Assembly (NCBI GenBank): GCA_026770705.1
Contig: JANJGN010000003.1
Location: 156,178,001 to 156,242,000 of the forward strand
Length of the DNA stretch: 64,000 bases
Reading direction: 5' to 3'
DNA from: Isurus oxyrinchus
Lineage: Eukaryota
Within the stretch, counting starts at the first letter, position 1, and each line of letters starts with the position of its first letter. The translations under genes were made by a program, and so were the position numbers. Below, piece after piece: positions 38,640-51,025 of the stretch. The notes below the pieces were generated by a model. The model made no database searches. It was not told the DNA's origin and worked only from the letters and a program-made list of their open reading frames with translations.

Positions 38640-41570
38640 CAATGGATAAATAATTGGCAAATTAAGTTCAATACAGATAAGTGTGAGGTAGCACATTTTG
38701 GTAGGAAGAATAGGAAGATCACTTATTACTTGGAAGGTTCAAGTCTAGGTGGGGTAAAGGAACAAAGGGATCCAGGAGTACAAATATATCAATCACTAAA
38801 AGTTGCACCATAGGTTAGCCAAAAAAATTCTGATCAAGAACTTGGCTTTATTTATATTGGGGGATAGAATTGAAAAGTAAGGACGTTATGCTAAATCTAT
38901 GTCAAACCTTGCTTAGACCACATTTAGAGCACTTTGCGCAGTTCTGATCAAGATATTATGAAAATGATATTGAAGCATTGAAGAGGGTGCAGTGAAGATT
39001 TACAAGGATGATACCAGAAATGCGTGGGCATACATGTCAAGGAAGGATTGACAGGCTGGATCTCTGTTCTCTTGAAAAAAGAATCCTGACTGGTAACCTA
39101 ATAGAGAGCTTTAAAACTATGAAAGATTTTGATAGAGTGGATACAGAGAGTATGCTTCTTCGAGCTGAATTTTCCTGTCCCAACGCAGGGCTGAAGTATG
39201 TCAGGCAGGCTTTGAAAAAGTCGGGATTTTCTGGCCCCAACATCAGTGGGCATCGTCGCAGGTTGGCAGGAAAATTTGGAGAGCTGTTGTGGGTGGGAGA
39301 GTTTACAGTCGGGTGGGCTGTTCTACATTTATGTAGGTCATCCTGAAGTTGGGTGAAAGGTTTTAAAGTCATTTTCTGCGGCATTATAAACAGGAGAAAG
39401 GTTCGAAGATTGGTTTGGCTGTTCTAAAGACGGGGCGATGTGTCTAAAGTCGAATGGGCAGTTCATGGGCAGGCCAAAGTGGGATAAGGGGTCAGATTCG
39501 AAGCCCGCATGTAGATGTCCCAAAGGCACACCTCCAGAATTGGGCATTTTATGGAGTTAATGGAATTGAACCAGTTTTGGTAGCTGACGTGAATCACACC
39601 AGCACAGAGCTGGTGTAAACCATGGGGAATAGTGGTTTGGAGGCAGGCACTATCTGAAAGCTATGTTCAAAATGTGTTGTCTATTGTACATGTCATAAAG
39701 AAATGCTGTATCTTAAGTTATATGTATCTTTTATTCAGTGAGTGATGATAGGGCTTTGTTTTGAAAAAGTAAATACCCATTAAAAAATGTTGCTAGGCTG
39801 TTAGTTCTGATAAATGGCAAGCTATCAAGGAAATAAACAATTCTGAAAGTAGAACATCTTCAGATGCATTAGAGTATATTATCCTAAATAACGTGCTATT
39901 CTACATCATACAATGGTGAAATCCAGATCTAATAGTGTGAAATGTCCACACTGCTTTGATTTTATCCCTGGAAGTTCAACTCACCCATTTGTTTGGCTGT
40001 TTCAAAGCTTTGATGGATGGCTGAGCTTCTAGCTGAGTTCAAAGTCATTAATGGAATCTGCTCAGGAGACTTTTTTGACACATTTCTTCAGTGGAATCAC
40101 ATTATGAATGCTTGGCTGGCTTCCAAACCCGCTAATAGGGCAAGGTTTTATGCTCTTCCACTGATGGATTTGAAGGTGTGGGCTCATTAAATCCAGGGAG
40201 TGCCCTCCTAATGTCCCTTTGGCCCCATTGGAGAGACCCCAAGGCTTTACCCCCCCAGTATCCGTTTCCCACTGACCTCTCAAACCGCCCCCCCCACACC
40301 TCTTGCCACCCCTTATGGAGCAAGCCAGCTTAGCACCTAGCAAGATCCAAAGCCACAAGCTTCTGTCCCGAAGTGCTGGAAAGCTGCTGGCAGATCTCTA
40401 AGGCAGGATGTCCTGTTCCTGAGGGGTGGAAATCCTTCCTCCAGCATATAAACAGCAGCAAGGCAGCTGTTATTCCCCTCAGTTCCTCCCCCCCCACCAC
40501 CAATTTTATAGCTTGTGGGTGGGAAATCCAGCATCTCATGTAATTCATCCCATGGTTTCTGCTCGACAGGGGTGGTTCATAGAGTTGTGCAGCAGAATTA
40601 CATTATGAATGCTTGGCTGACTTCTAAATCCATTGATAGATTCTGCTTAGAAGGGGCTGTTGAAACAGTTACCAAGGGGAATGTGAGGCTGTTCTGTTTG
40701 ACAGATTTATGAGCTTTCAAGGAGATAATGTTTTTTAAATGGATTTTCAAGTAATGTTTATTTATTTTGACTGATTATCAGAGACTTCTAAATGTCACTA
40801 TAAAGCTTGTGAGTTCTATTTATAGTGGATACCAGGTGGATAGTTTGGTGGGTACGAGGGTAAGATGTATATAGGGGTAAAGGGTGGAGAAGTGAGGGGA
40901 GTATGGGGGTGAGGGGGTAGGGTGCTATGGGGGTGAGTGTGTTATGTTGGGTGAAGAGTATGGAACAGGGATGGGGGGTGAGGGGGTGAGGGAATAGGGG
41001 AGGAGGGCCTCACACTCATCTGCAGAACTGAGTCAATGTCCAGCAACCAAGGGTGGGCCTTTTCACCTGGCTGCTTTGGCATTGGCCTGTTTTCATCTCT
41101 GCCTTGGGCCTGCTGCCAACTCCAGCCATCCCCAACTCCCCAACATGAAGATAGTGTTGAAGGGCACTGCCAGGTGGAAGGCGGAATTATGACATCGGGA
41201 AACCTTCAAACTCCCGATTTCTACCTCATAGATGAAAATCTGGCCGGTCTTGTGGGAAAGAACATAACTAGAGGCCATCAATATAAGATAGTCATCAAGA
41301 AATCCAATAGGGAATTCAGAAAAAAAACTTCTTTGCCCAAAGTATCATCAGAAAGTGAAATCTGCTACCACAGGGAGTGGTGGAAACGAATAGTTTAGAT
41401 GAATTAAAGAGAAAGCTAGAGAATCAATTCAGAGAGAAGGGGATGGATGATTATGGTGGTATATTTAGAAGACAAAAGATAGGAAGAGGCTTGAGAGGAA
41501 CATAAACACTGCAAGGACTGGTTGGATTAAAAGGTCTCTTTCTGTGCTATATATCCTATGTAACCTTATG
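38640..41570 (+). mobile_element. CR1 3' fragment split by a ~2.1-kb insertion
   Basis: CR1 sequence runs to ...gatacagagagtatgctt (39160) and resumes cttgtgggaaag..actagaggccatcaatataag (41249). Confidence 0.8.
39162..41245. mobile_element. Composite Harbinger-type non-autonomous element
   Basis: Termini GAGCTGAATTTTC...GAAAATCTGGCC interrupt a CR1; TSD not clear. Confidence 0.55.
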
Positions 41571-42357
41571 TAGTCTTAGAGCTACCAGGTCACATTAATA
41601 GAGCTTTTCACAAGTTATAACATCTACTTTGAGTTCAACTTTGGTCAGCAAATTTATCTAGTTCATCATATGACATTCCCAGGAGTGGTCCTATATCAGT
41701 TTTTTACCGGACAATAGGTGATACTGCCAGGTTTTTCCAATGGAGTTTCTGTCTTTAGGGATCAGCTGTAATGAACTAACCCAAGGTAAAGGACTGGGCA
41801 AGCGAAGTATTGTTCAGCATCCCAGTTTTCTGTTTGTTTTTAATACTATACTGGAAAAGGAGAAAGTCACAACTCTGGGAATATAAAACTGCTGTATGAG
41901 TGATGAATGCAATCTATCTCATCAAAGACTTTACATCATCCATTTCATTCCATCTAATACATACCGCCCATTCTCCAGAGATAATGAAGCAAAATTCTGT
42001 AATATTTAACCAACTTGATGTAATTCTAATTTATTGCCTTCCAAAAGTGACATTATTCTTCAGCCTCAGTAGCACAATAACCCAGTAACCATCATGGCCC
42101 TAGAGTATTAGATTATCTTTGCCTACACCTATTGCTATAATTTCCAAACTCCTTCACAGTCATTTATCCAGCGACCAGAAGTATACCTGTTGCATTAAGC
42201 TGTGAGACTTAAAGGACTCTTCAAAGATAGAACAATCTCTTTTCATTCAGAACAATTAGTGGATTACTTATGACTAAAGACAACTCAATATTTTAACATT
42301 CAAAATCTCTCACTGATATTTTCAAATGATGCCCAAGTTTATGTTACTCATCACTTG

Positions 42358-42660
42358 TCACATGAAGGGTTTTGATAGAGTAGTTACTGAGAAACTGTAG
42401 ATATGAGAAATAGGAAGATCATTAACTAGAAGACACAGACCTAAGGTAACTGGCAAGAGAATCAAGTGGGAGATGAAGAGATATTCTGTTACACAGTAAG
42501 TTTTGATGATCTGGAATGCACTGCCTGAATGGATGGTGAAAGCAGATTTAATGATAACTTTCAAAAGGATGTTACATATATACTTGGAAAGGTACAACAA
42601 AATACAAGGATATGGGGAAAGAGCAGGGCAGTGGGATCAACTGGATTGATCTTTCACAAG
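42358..42660 (+). mobile_element. CR1 3' fragment
   Basis: atgaagggttttgatagagta..gagaaactg..gatctggaatgcactgcctgaa; same family as 60360-60700. Confidence 0.7.
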
Positions 42661-43344
42661 TACATAAGAACATAGGAATTAGGATTAGGAATAGCCCTTT
42701 TAGCCCATCGAGCCTGCTCCATCATTCAATAAGTTCATGGCTGGTCTAATTGTAGCATTCCACTTTACAGCCTGTTCCCAATAGCCTTTGACACCTGCGT
42801 AGTTCAAAAATCTAACTCAGCTTTGAATACGTACAATGACTTAGCCTTCACATCTCTCTGGGGTGGAGAATTTCAAAGATGAATGACCCTCTGAGAGAAG
42901 AAATTCCACCTCATCTGTCTCTGAAACGGGCACCCACTTGTTTTGTAACTAATTCCTCTTGTTCTAGATGCCCCTATCAGGTGAAACATCTTCTCAGCAT
43001 CTAACCTGCCAAGCGCCCTAAGAATCTTCTATTTTTCAATAAGATCACCTTTCATTCTTCTAAACTCCAAGAAGTGTAGGCCCAACCTGCTCAGTCTTTC
43101 TTCCTAAGACAACGCTTTCATCCCAGGAATCAAACTAGTGAACCTTCTCTGAACTGCCTCCAACATAAGTATATCCCTCCTTAAGTAAGGAGACCAGTAC
43201 TCTAGGTGCGGTGTCAACAGTTGTAGCAAGAATTCCTGCTTTTATAGTCCATCCCCTTGCAATAAAGGTCAATATTCCATTTGGCTTCCCAGGTACTTGC
43301 TGTGCCTGCATGCTAACTTTTTGCGTTTTACATACAAGAACAAT

Positions 43345-43740
43345 CACGGTAGACCCCTCGTTGTTCAAATATGTCCAAACTGTAAATGATTTCATCATTT
43401 TCTGTGGGTCGCCTCATGACTGAAGAGTTCAATGCAGGATTAGCATGGTCATCCACAGAACTGGCAGTTCATGTTGTCATTGTTGTTGCTTGGGGGAACT
43501 TCTGCAGCTGTCCTGCCTCTGGCCTACTTTGCAATGATGTTGAAAGTTTGGCATAGATGGTTTTCGAAAGGTGCTGAACCAAGTTTCAGTCCTTGTCTCC
43601 ACCGGACCAGTTGGCTGCAGAGTTTTCCCAGGAGAGGTGGTCTGCAATGAAGATGTTTGTAGGGCTCGTTTTTTAGGGTGGCCCTATTTCATTTGTATCG
43701 ATCACCCTGATGTCATGATCCTTCTATACCACAGCATTCT
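43345..43740 (-). mobile_element. RTE-clade LINE 3' fragment
   Basis: GHPKKR..DHLSWENSAAN..NCQFCG*PC*SCIELFSHEATHRK*, resembling the C-terminal C2H2-like end of RTE/BovB ORFs. Confidence 0.65.
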
Positions 43741-43869
43741 GCAGTCTCTCTTCATTTAAATAATATTTGGCTTTTCAGTTCTTCCGACCAAAAGAGGATA
43801 ACCTCATATTTTCCCACATAATACTTCATCTGCCAAATGGACCTACCTATATCGCCAAACAGGCTCATT

Positions 43870-44609
43870 GTGCTGAATTTTTGGGCCCCCCACGCAGCCC
43901 TGAGGTCAGGAACAGAGGCAGGTTCGCCCAAAAATACTGGCGCCAGCTCACTTGACAGTTTCAGGATGTCTTTGCTGTCACGGCCATTTTGTCTTATGCA
44001 GATTTGGTGCCCGAGAAGGTCACCCAGCCCTATGAGTCAGGCAGGCAACTAGGCTGATCAAGCATCTTGAAAAAAGGTAAGTTAAGGAGTATAAGTGGGA
44101 TTTTCCATCTAGCCTTCAGTTTCACAACTCAACAGGGAGCAAATCAACTGCCTGGATGTGGGCACCCAGCAGCAGACAGGGCTGCAAGCACTCCTGGCAA
44201 GCCTACAGTCCCACCCTGCATGCCTGGTTGGGGTACAGCCAAAGGCCACCCTGAAGAGGAATCCCTGCTCAACAACTGTGGTAACCTGACTGCTTTTTTG
44301 TTTTTATTTAATGTTTTTAGAAAGCGGCTGAGAGAACAATTTCTTGTGAGGTGCCCTCTCAGTTACTTAGCTTGTATTGCAGCCGGGTGCTTCCCTGCAG
44401 CTGGAGGACCTCCGATTGGTCCTCCAGCTTCAAGAGCCAACCTAGCAGGGATACTGGATAGGGAATTGGGCAGGGAACCTGTCTCCATACCAATTAAAGG
44501 CTCACCCACATGAAAATCTTAACCTTAATCAGATTCCCATCAGAGGTGGGTTGGGGGCCTGAAAACATTCCAACTCCTGGTTCCTGCCTACATGGCAAAA
44601 GTTCAGGCC
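43870..44609. mobile_element. Harbinger-type MITE inserted in CR1
   Basis: Imperfect TIR GTGCTGAATTTTTG...CAAAAGTTCAGGCC, with CR1 on both sides. Confidence 0.65.
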
Positions 44610-45619
44610 TTTGTGCCCTCCTCACGATTTGCTTTCCGACTATCTTTGCATCGTCAACAAATTTCACTACAATATACTCGGCCCTTTCATCCAACTCATT
44701 ACTGTAGATTGTAAATAATTGAGGTCCCAGCACTGATTCCTGCGGCACTGCACTAGTTACAGTTTGCTCACCTGTTAAGGAACAATTTATTCTGGTTCCT
44801 TGTTTTCTATTAGTTAGCCAATCCTCTATCCATGCAAATATATTATCCCCAACACCATGGGCGGAATTTTATGTGCCCACTGGCATTAGGCATGTTCTGT
44901 TCAGAGTGGATAATATAGCAGAAGGCCAAATATCAGGCTCATGATGACATGAAACCAGTTTACGATTGTCCGCTCAGCCAGTCGATGGTGAGCTGCGTTT
45001 CCTGCCATCGGATGTCAGGAACCTCGTTGTAATCCATCTGCATATCATTATAAGATCACCTGCCGGAATCATCCCCTCCCCTGCCCAGTTGGATCGTCTG
45101 CCTACGATATGTTTCACAACAGCATATATACGGCATGCACTTGGTGGCCTGCACTTTGAGGGGAACTCAGAGGTGAGTGCACAGTAACGTTGCACAGTGC
45201 TCGCTAGGGTCGTCTGTTGGACTTCAAGGTCAAGGCAACTTGGAGCAGGTGGGCAAGGGCTGCCTTGTAGTTGAAGCAACTTAGGGGGTTCAAGGGCTGC
45301 CCTGCAGTTGAGGGACTTGTGGGGGGGGGGGGCAAGGGTTGCCATGTGGTTGAGGCAACTTGGGGGGGGGCAGGGAGAAGGGCTGCCCTGCGGTTGAAGA
45401 TAGTGCATAAGAACATGCGGGGTGGAGGGGGGGAAGCGGCCACGCATAAGAGAAACCTTGTATAAAGTGACCTCTGCAGCTGAGTCTGTTCAGAGACACC
45501 AACATTGGTGTGGAGTCGGACCTCGAGTTTATCTGCCCACTCAAGCAACACAGAGGCATGAAAGTGCCACCAAATGCTCCAGAGCTTTTCACCCCTCAGG
45601 CACAAACTACAAACTAATG

Positions 45620-47050
45620 AGTGTAACTCCACCATTTAAAAAAGGAGAGAGGGAAAAAACAGGGATTTAAAGACCAGTTAGCCTTACATCAATGGTAGGG
45701 AAAATGCTAGTCTATTATAAAGGATGTGGTACTTCGAAAATATCAACAGGATTAGACCAAGTCAACATGGATTTATGAAAGGGAAATCATGTTTGACAAA
45801 CCTACTGGAGTTTTCTGAGGACGCAACTAGCAGAATAAATAAGGGAGAACCAGTGGATGTGGTGTATTTGGATTTTCAGGAAGCTTTTGATAAAGTCCCA
45901 CATAAGAGGTTCATGTGCAAAATTAAAGCACATGGGTTTGGGGGTAATATATTGGCATGGATTGAGGATTGGTTAGCAGGCAGGAAATAGAGAGTAGGAA
46001 TCGATGGGTCTTTTTTAGAATGGCAGATGGCGACCAGTGGGGTACCACAGGGATTAGTGCTTGGGCCCCAGCTATTCACAATATATATCAATGATTTGGG
46101 TGAGGGAACCAAATGTAATATTTCCAAGTTTGCTGATGACACAAACTAGGTGGGAATGTGAGCGGTGGGGAGGGTATTACGACAATTTAGACAGGTTGAG
46201 TGAGTGGACAAATACATGGCAGGTGCAGTGTAACATAGATAAGTGCAAAGTTATCCACTTTGGTAGGAAAAACAGAATTGCAGAGTATTATTTAAATGGT
46301 GATAGATTGGAAAATGTTGATCTACAAAGGGACCTGGATGTCCTTGTACACCAATCACTGAAAGCAAACATGCAGGTGCAGCAAGCGGTTAAGAAGGCAA
46401 ATGGTATGTTAGCCTTCATTGCAAGAGGACTTGAGTACAGGAGCAAGAATGTCTTACTGCAGCTGTACAGGGCCTTGGTGAGAACACACCTGGAGTATTG
46501 TGTGCAGTTTTGGTCTCCTTACCTGAAAAAAGATATACTTGCCGGAGAGGGAGTGCAGTGAAGGTTCAGCAGACTGACTCCTGGGATGGCTGGATTGTCA
46601 TATGAGGAGAGATTGGGCCAACTAGGCCTGTATTCACTGGAGTTTAGAAGAATGAGAGGGGATCTCATTGAAACAAATAAAATTCTGACAGGGCTGGACA
46701 GACTGGATGCAGGGGTGATGTTTCCTCTGGCTGGGGGTCTAGGTCAAGGGGTCACAATCTCAGGATACGGGTTGGGCCATTTAGGACTGAGATAAAAAGA
46801 AACTTCTTCACTCAGAGAATGGTGAACCTGTAGAATTCTATACCACAGAAGGCTGTGGAGGTCAAGTCACTGAATATAGTTAAGAAGGAAATAGATAGAT
46901 TTCTAGACTCTAAAGGCATCTAGGGGTATGGGGAGAGAGTGGGAGATGGCATTGAGACAGAGGATCAGCCATGATCATATTGAATGGCGGAGCAGGCACA
47001 AAGGACTGAATGACCTACTCCTGCTTCTATTTTTCTATGTTTCTATATTT
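45620..47050 (+). mobile_element. CR1 LINE (RT to 3' tail) inserted into the Harbinger element
   Basis: [70 protein letters not shown]; tail gactgaatgacctactcctgcttctat. Confidence 0.95.
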
Positions 47051-47464
47051 CTAGTGGACTGCAGGACAGTTGGACAACTCGGCATGCTGCACAATCTCCT
47101 TGCTAAAGCTGGCCCTGCAGGCACTCACAGCCCCTTGCAATGTCACCATCCCAGTTTGGACCAGTCTCCCCCATGGTTCAAGCTAACAGTGCAGCCTTGC
47201 AATGCGGGTTAGGAGAATGCCTGTGCCTGAGCTGAGAGCACAGCATGCAGTCCAGTGGGCAAAGCTGCCGCCAATCGGTCAGATGGAGTGGGGCAGAGAT
47301 GGGTGAGATTTCGGGTAGCCATGCAGCGTACTAAACTCTGGCCATCCAAATGGTGGCCAGCACTCTGCAACAGGCATTAAGGGGTCTTCAGACTTAACCA
47401 AGAGAGGTTCTTAGTACACCCATGCTAACAATCTTTCATCCTGCAGGAGGAGTACATCAGGAGC

Positions 47465-48659
47465 ATGGAGTCTGGTGAACTAGCTATATGCCTCGTGGTG
47501 TACAGAGCGCGAAGATGATGGAGAAGAGAGTGACGGAGGCTCCTGGCTGCACAGAAGGAGCAGCACCCTCTGGAAGAAGCTGAGGCTGTGGCTCCTGCAC
47601 ACGTCACCGAAGAGTCACAGTGAGCCGTCACTGGTCAGCACCTAGCTAGACCCATGGTCATAGGTGCCTTTCAATCCTGCAGATGACCGAGAACCGGTGT
47701 TGCCAAAGAATGCAATGTCTAGGGAACTGGTCAGTCACAGGTGCCAGCTACTGGAGGATTTGGCGCCACGGGGACATTCAGGGCATCCATTGCCAGTGGC
47801 CGTGGAAGTGACTGTGGCGCTCAATTTTTACGCCAGTGGTTCCTTTCAGGGCTCCAGAGGTGATCTCTGTGGGATATCACAAGCCTCCAACCACAAATGC
47901 ATCCATGAGGTTATGAATGTCACCTTCACGAAGGCACACAATTTTGAGCATTTCGCCCGGGACCAGGGCAGCCAGGCTGCAAGAACAATTAGATTTGCCC
48001 TGATGTCGGATTTCCCACAGGTGCAGGGTGTGCCATCGACTGCAATCACATGGCGCTCAGATCTCTGTTGCAACAAGTGGTCAACTATGTCAACCATAAG
48101 GGTTTCCATTCAGCTGATGTGCGACCACCACAAATGCATCCAATATTTGCCCACGGTTTCCAGGGAATGTCCACGACTCTACATTCTCAGTCGGTCACAG
48201 ATCCCTGCAGTCTTCCAATGTCCACAGAGGCTGCAGTGATGGCTCCTCAGGGACAAGGGTAGCGGATGTGGCTGATGACACCCATGTGGTAGCCTCAGCA
48301 GAGTAAAGGTATAATGGGGTTCATTCTGCAACTCGCAACTTGGTGGAGCAAACCTTCGGGATGTTGAAATTGAGGTTCTGGTGCCTGGACTGGTCTGGCG
48401 GAGCCCTGCAATACAGTCTGCAGAGGGTGTCATGCATCGTCGTCGTCTGCTGTGCCCTTTACAACCTGGCACTGCAATGGGGAGAGGAGCTGGCTGAGGA
48501 GGAGATGAAGGAGCTGGAGGTCTCCTCCGATGAGGAGGACGTTGACAGGGATGAGGGTGAGGAGGTCCTCGAAGGCAACGATGATGACAATGAGGCTCTC
48601 GCACTCATGATGCCCTCATAGCTGTTGGATTTGTGGAGGATGATGGTGGCATGCAGTGA
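47465..48659 (+). pseudogene. Harbinger HARBI1-like DDE transposase, frameshifted
   Basis: GHPLPVAVEVTVALNFYASGSFQ..GDLCGISQ, FPQVQG/AIDCNH, NHKGFHS, FPGNVHDSYIL, WLLRDKG, VEQTFGMLKLRFWCLDWSGGALQY..VVCCALYNLA, acidic tail. Confidence 0.92.
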
Positions 48660-49369
48660 GGAGACCCCATAAGATCCTCACATTGCATCTGTGAATGTTT
48701 GATTCCAGTCTGGCTTATGACAGCGCACATGCCCTCTGTGATAATGTTCCTGTCATGGAGATGCAGTGGAGGCCCTAATTGTCGCTCAATTGCAGGAGGG
48801 TGATGACGACATAGAGTGAGGATACTCCATAGGTCTTCACATAGCCTCTGAGAAAGTCTGATTCCTGTCTGGCCAAGGGCAGCTCAACAGCGCTCTGTGA
48901 TCAGGGTCATATCATAGAGACACAGCCGTGAAACTTTAAAAGCATCTGATTCTTTGTCATCCTTCAGCACCTGACCTGTTTGGGAGCACAGCATCACAGG
49001 TCACAGATGCTAACAAGATGGGGGCCAGATCCACCTTCCAGACACTGAGAGCACATAGAGAGAATGAGAGTGACGCCTGCCCACAACATTCTGGCAGTAA
49101 TGACAAGCACCATCAAGGTGCAGGCATCAGTAATGTGTCCAGGGAGTGCGAGACCAGACCATCACTGTAGTCTGAAGGCTGCACAGAGCACAGAGAAGTG
49201 GTGCTGGACTGAGACACCTTCCTTTATCTTATGCAGAAAAGTTTCACATCTGAGTGACAAGAACACTGCTCATGAGGACAAGGAGCCATAGGCAGCGAGA
49301 CATAGTTGAGAGTTTATTCACAATAGTGAAAATTCTGTATAAGTGATTAACACTCATGCCCAGGCTGTG

Positions 49370-51025
49370 CAACTTAACCTTCCTAACCCTGCTGCTACAT
49401 CTTGGTGCTCCTCCGATATCCACAGCGGAGGTGGAGGCAGCCTGCTGACGGCTATGATGAACTTGGTGGGCATCCTCTGGAGGGCCGAGACCTGGAAGGC
49501 CCCGGCCTGCTTTTGCAGTCTGCTGTGTGGCAGTGGCACCCTTCTCGACCTGTTGATCTGGAGCCTCTGGGGGTCACAGTAAGAAGGGATTTGGATTAGC
49601 CGGATGCTCCCGGAGTCACCTGGGTGGATGACCTGGGGTGCGCATCTGCTGATCCTCCTTGCTATGGGTGCCTAAGGGTCCCTGACTGACTCCTTGAGGA
49701 GAAGCTGGAGTGAGATCGAGTTGTCCCTCGCTCCTCTCGTGTACACACTGTTGGAGGCCAACAATGGCATCAGCGATGAAGTTGAGCCTGGGCAGCAGTG
49801 CAGGACCAATGTCCTGGACCAAGGTCTCGATGGCAGCTGCCATCCTACCAGTGTTGACATTGGTGTGTTAGCATGCCGGCACTATCACCTCAGCCTGAAG
49901 GCGGATGGACTCCTCCATCGTGCCTTGCAATCTGAAGAGTGCAGTGAACATCCCTCCCTGATGTTCTCGAGCTTGCCTTTGCAGCACCAGCAACTGTTAC
50001 ATGACTGAGTCCAGAGGCTCGCCATCTGACTCGGACTCAGCAAATTTCTGCCCTCCAGAAGTCCTCCGAGTGCCAGACACCTGAGAAGTCCCTGTCGCCA
50101 CCTTCTGTAGATCAGACAGTGTGATGTGCTCACCAGATTGTGATCCCGAGGGTACTCTAAAGCTTAGTCCCACCGAGATGTGTGTCTCTGCACTGGTAGA
50201 AGGTGTGGGTGAGTGCTTCAAATTCCTCTTCAGAGGTTTCTTCAGGGCTTGATTGGAGGCCCTGGGTCATGTACCCCCTCGGTTGTTTCCCAGCTCTGCC
50301 TGTGAAAGCAAGGAGAAATAACTGATGTATGGCAGGGGACTGCAGAACAGGGCACATCACTCACAGCATGGTTGTCTGAAAGATGTTGCACTGCTGGATC
50401 CTCCTCACTTCATTGAGCACCGCTGACCTCACTGTCAGCACAGGAATAGTCCAGATCCCTGCCAGCTAGCTGGATGGCTCTATTTTCAAAGTCCATGAGG
50501 ACCTTGACTTCAGACGTTACTCCATCAGTCTGCGATCTCTTCCTCTTGTTGTGTGCCAGCTTGTCCTACATGAATAGAGATGGAGAGAGTGTAAGCAGGA
50601 CACCTGCCAGGCTGGATGATAAATGTACCTGACATGTGTGAGTGGTCCCATGGATAGGATGAGGACAATGAAGGTGTGTGAGAGAGAGTGAATGGTGATG
50701 TCCCTTGAACTGGCAGTGAGTGAAGGCCCTGTGGATGCGTGATGGGTTTGTGAGTGTGTGAATTAAGAGTGATGAGAAGAGTGACTTACCGTGGTGGAAT
50801 GGAGGAGATCATTCATCCTCTTGTGGCAATGGGTGGCTGTCCCCTTTTGCAGGGTGGTCCCACTGGCCACGGCCGCCACCACCTCCCAAGCTGGATTGGT
50901 GATGCCACTGCCCCTCCTGTGGCCAGAACAGGGTTAGGAGACATCACTGTAGGCCTCCTCGGCATCCAAAAGCTGCTGGAAGGATGCAAACCATGGGGCT
51001 GCAGTCTTTTTGCCTTTTGGGCCAT
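49370..51025 (-). pseudogene. Harbinger Myb/SANT-like gene, three exons, decayed
   Basis: Exon 1 ...PAWEVVAAVASGTTLQKGTATHCHKRMNDLLHSTT|gtaagt (about 50790); exon 2 DKLAHNKRKRSQTDGVTSEVKVLMDFENRAIQL...|gtgagt; long exon 3 from about 50300. Confidence 0.85.

Noticed and set aside
47465-48659. Domesticated HARBI1 host gene
   Set aside because: Multiple stops and frameshifts, and it lies within a TIR/TSD-bounded transposon.
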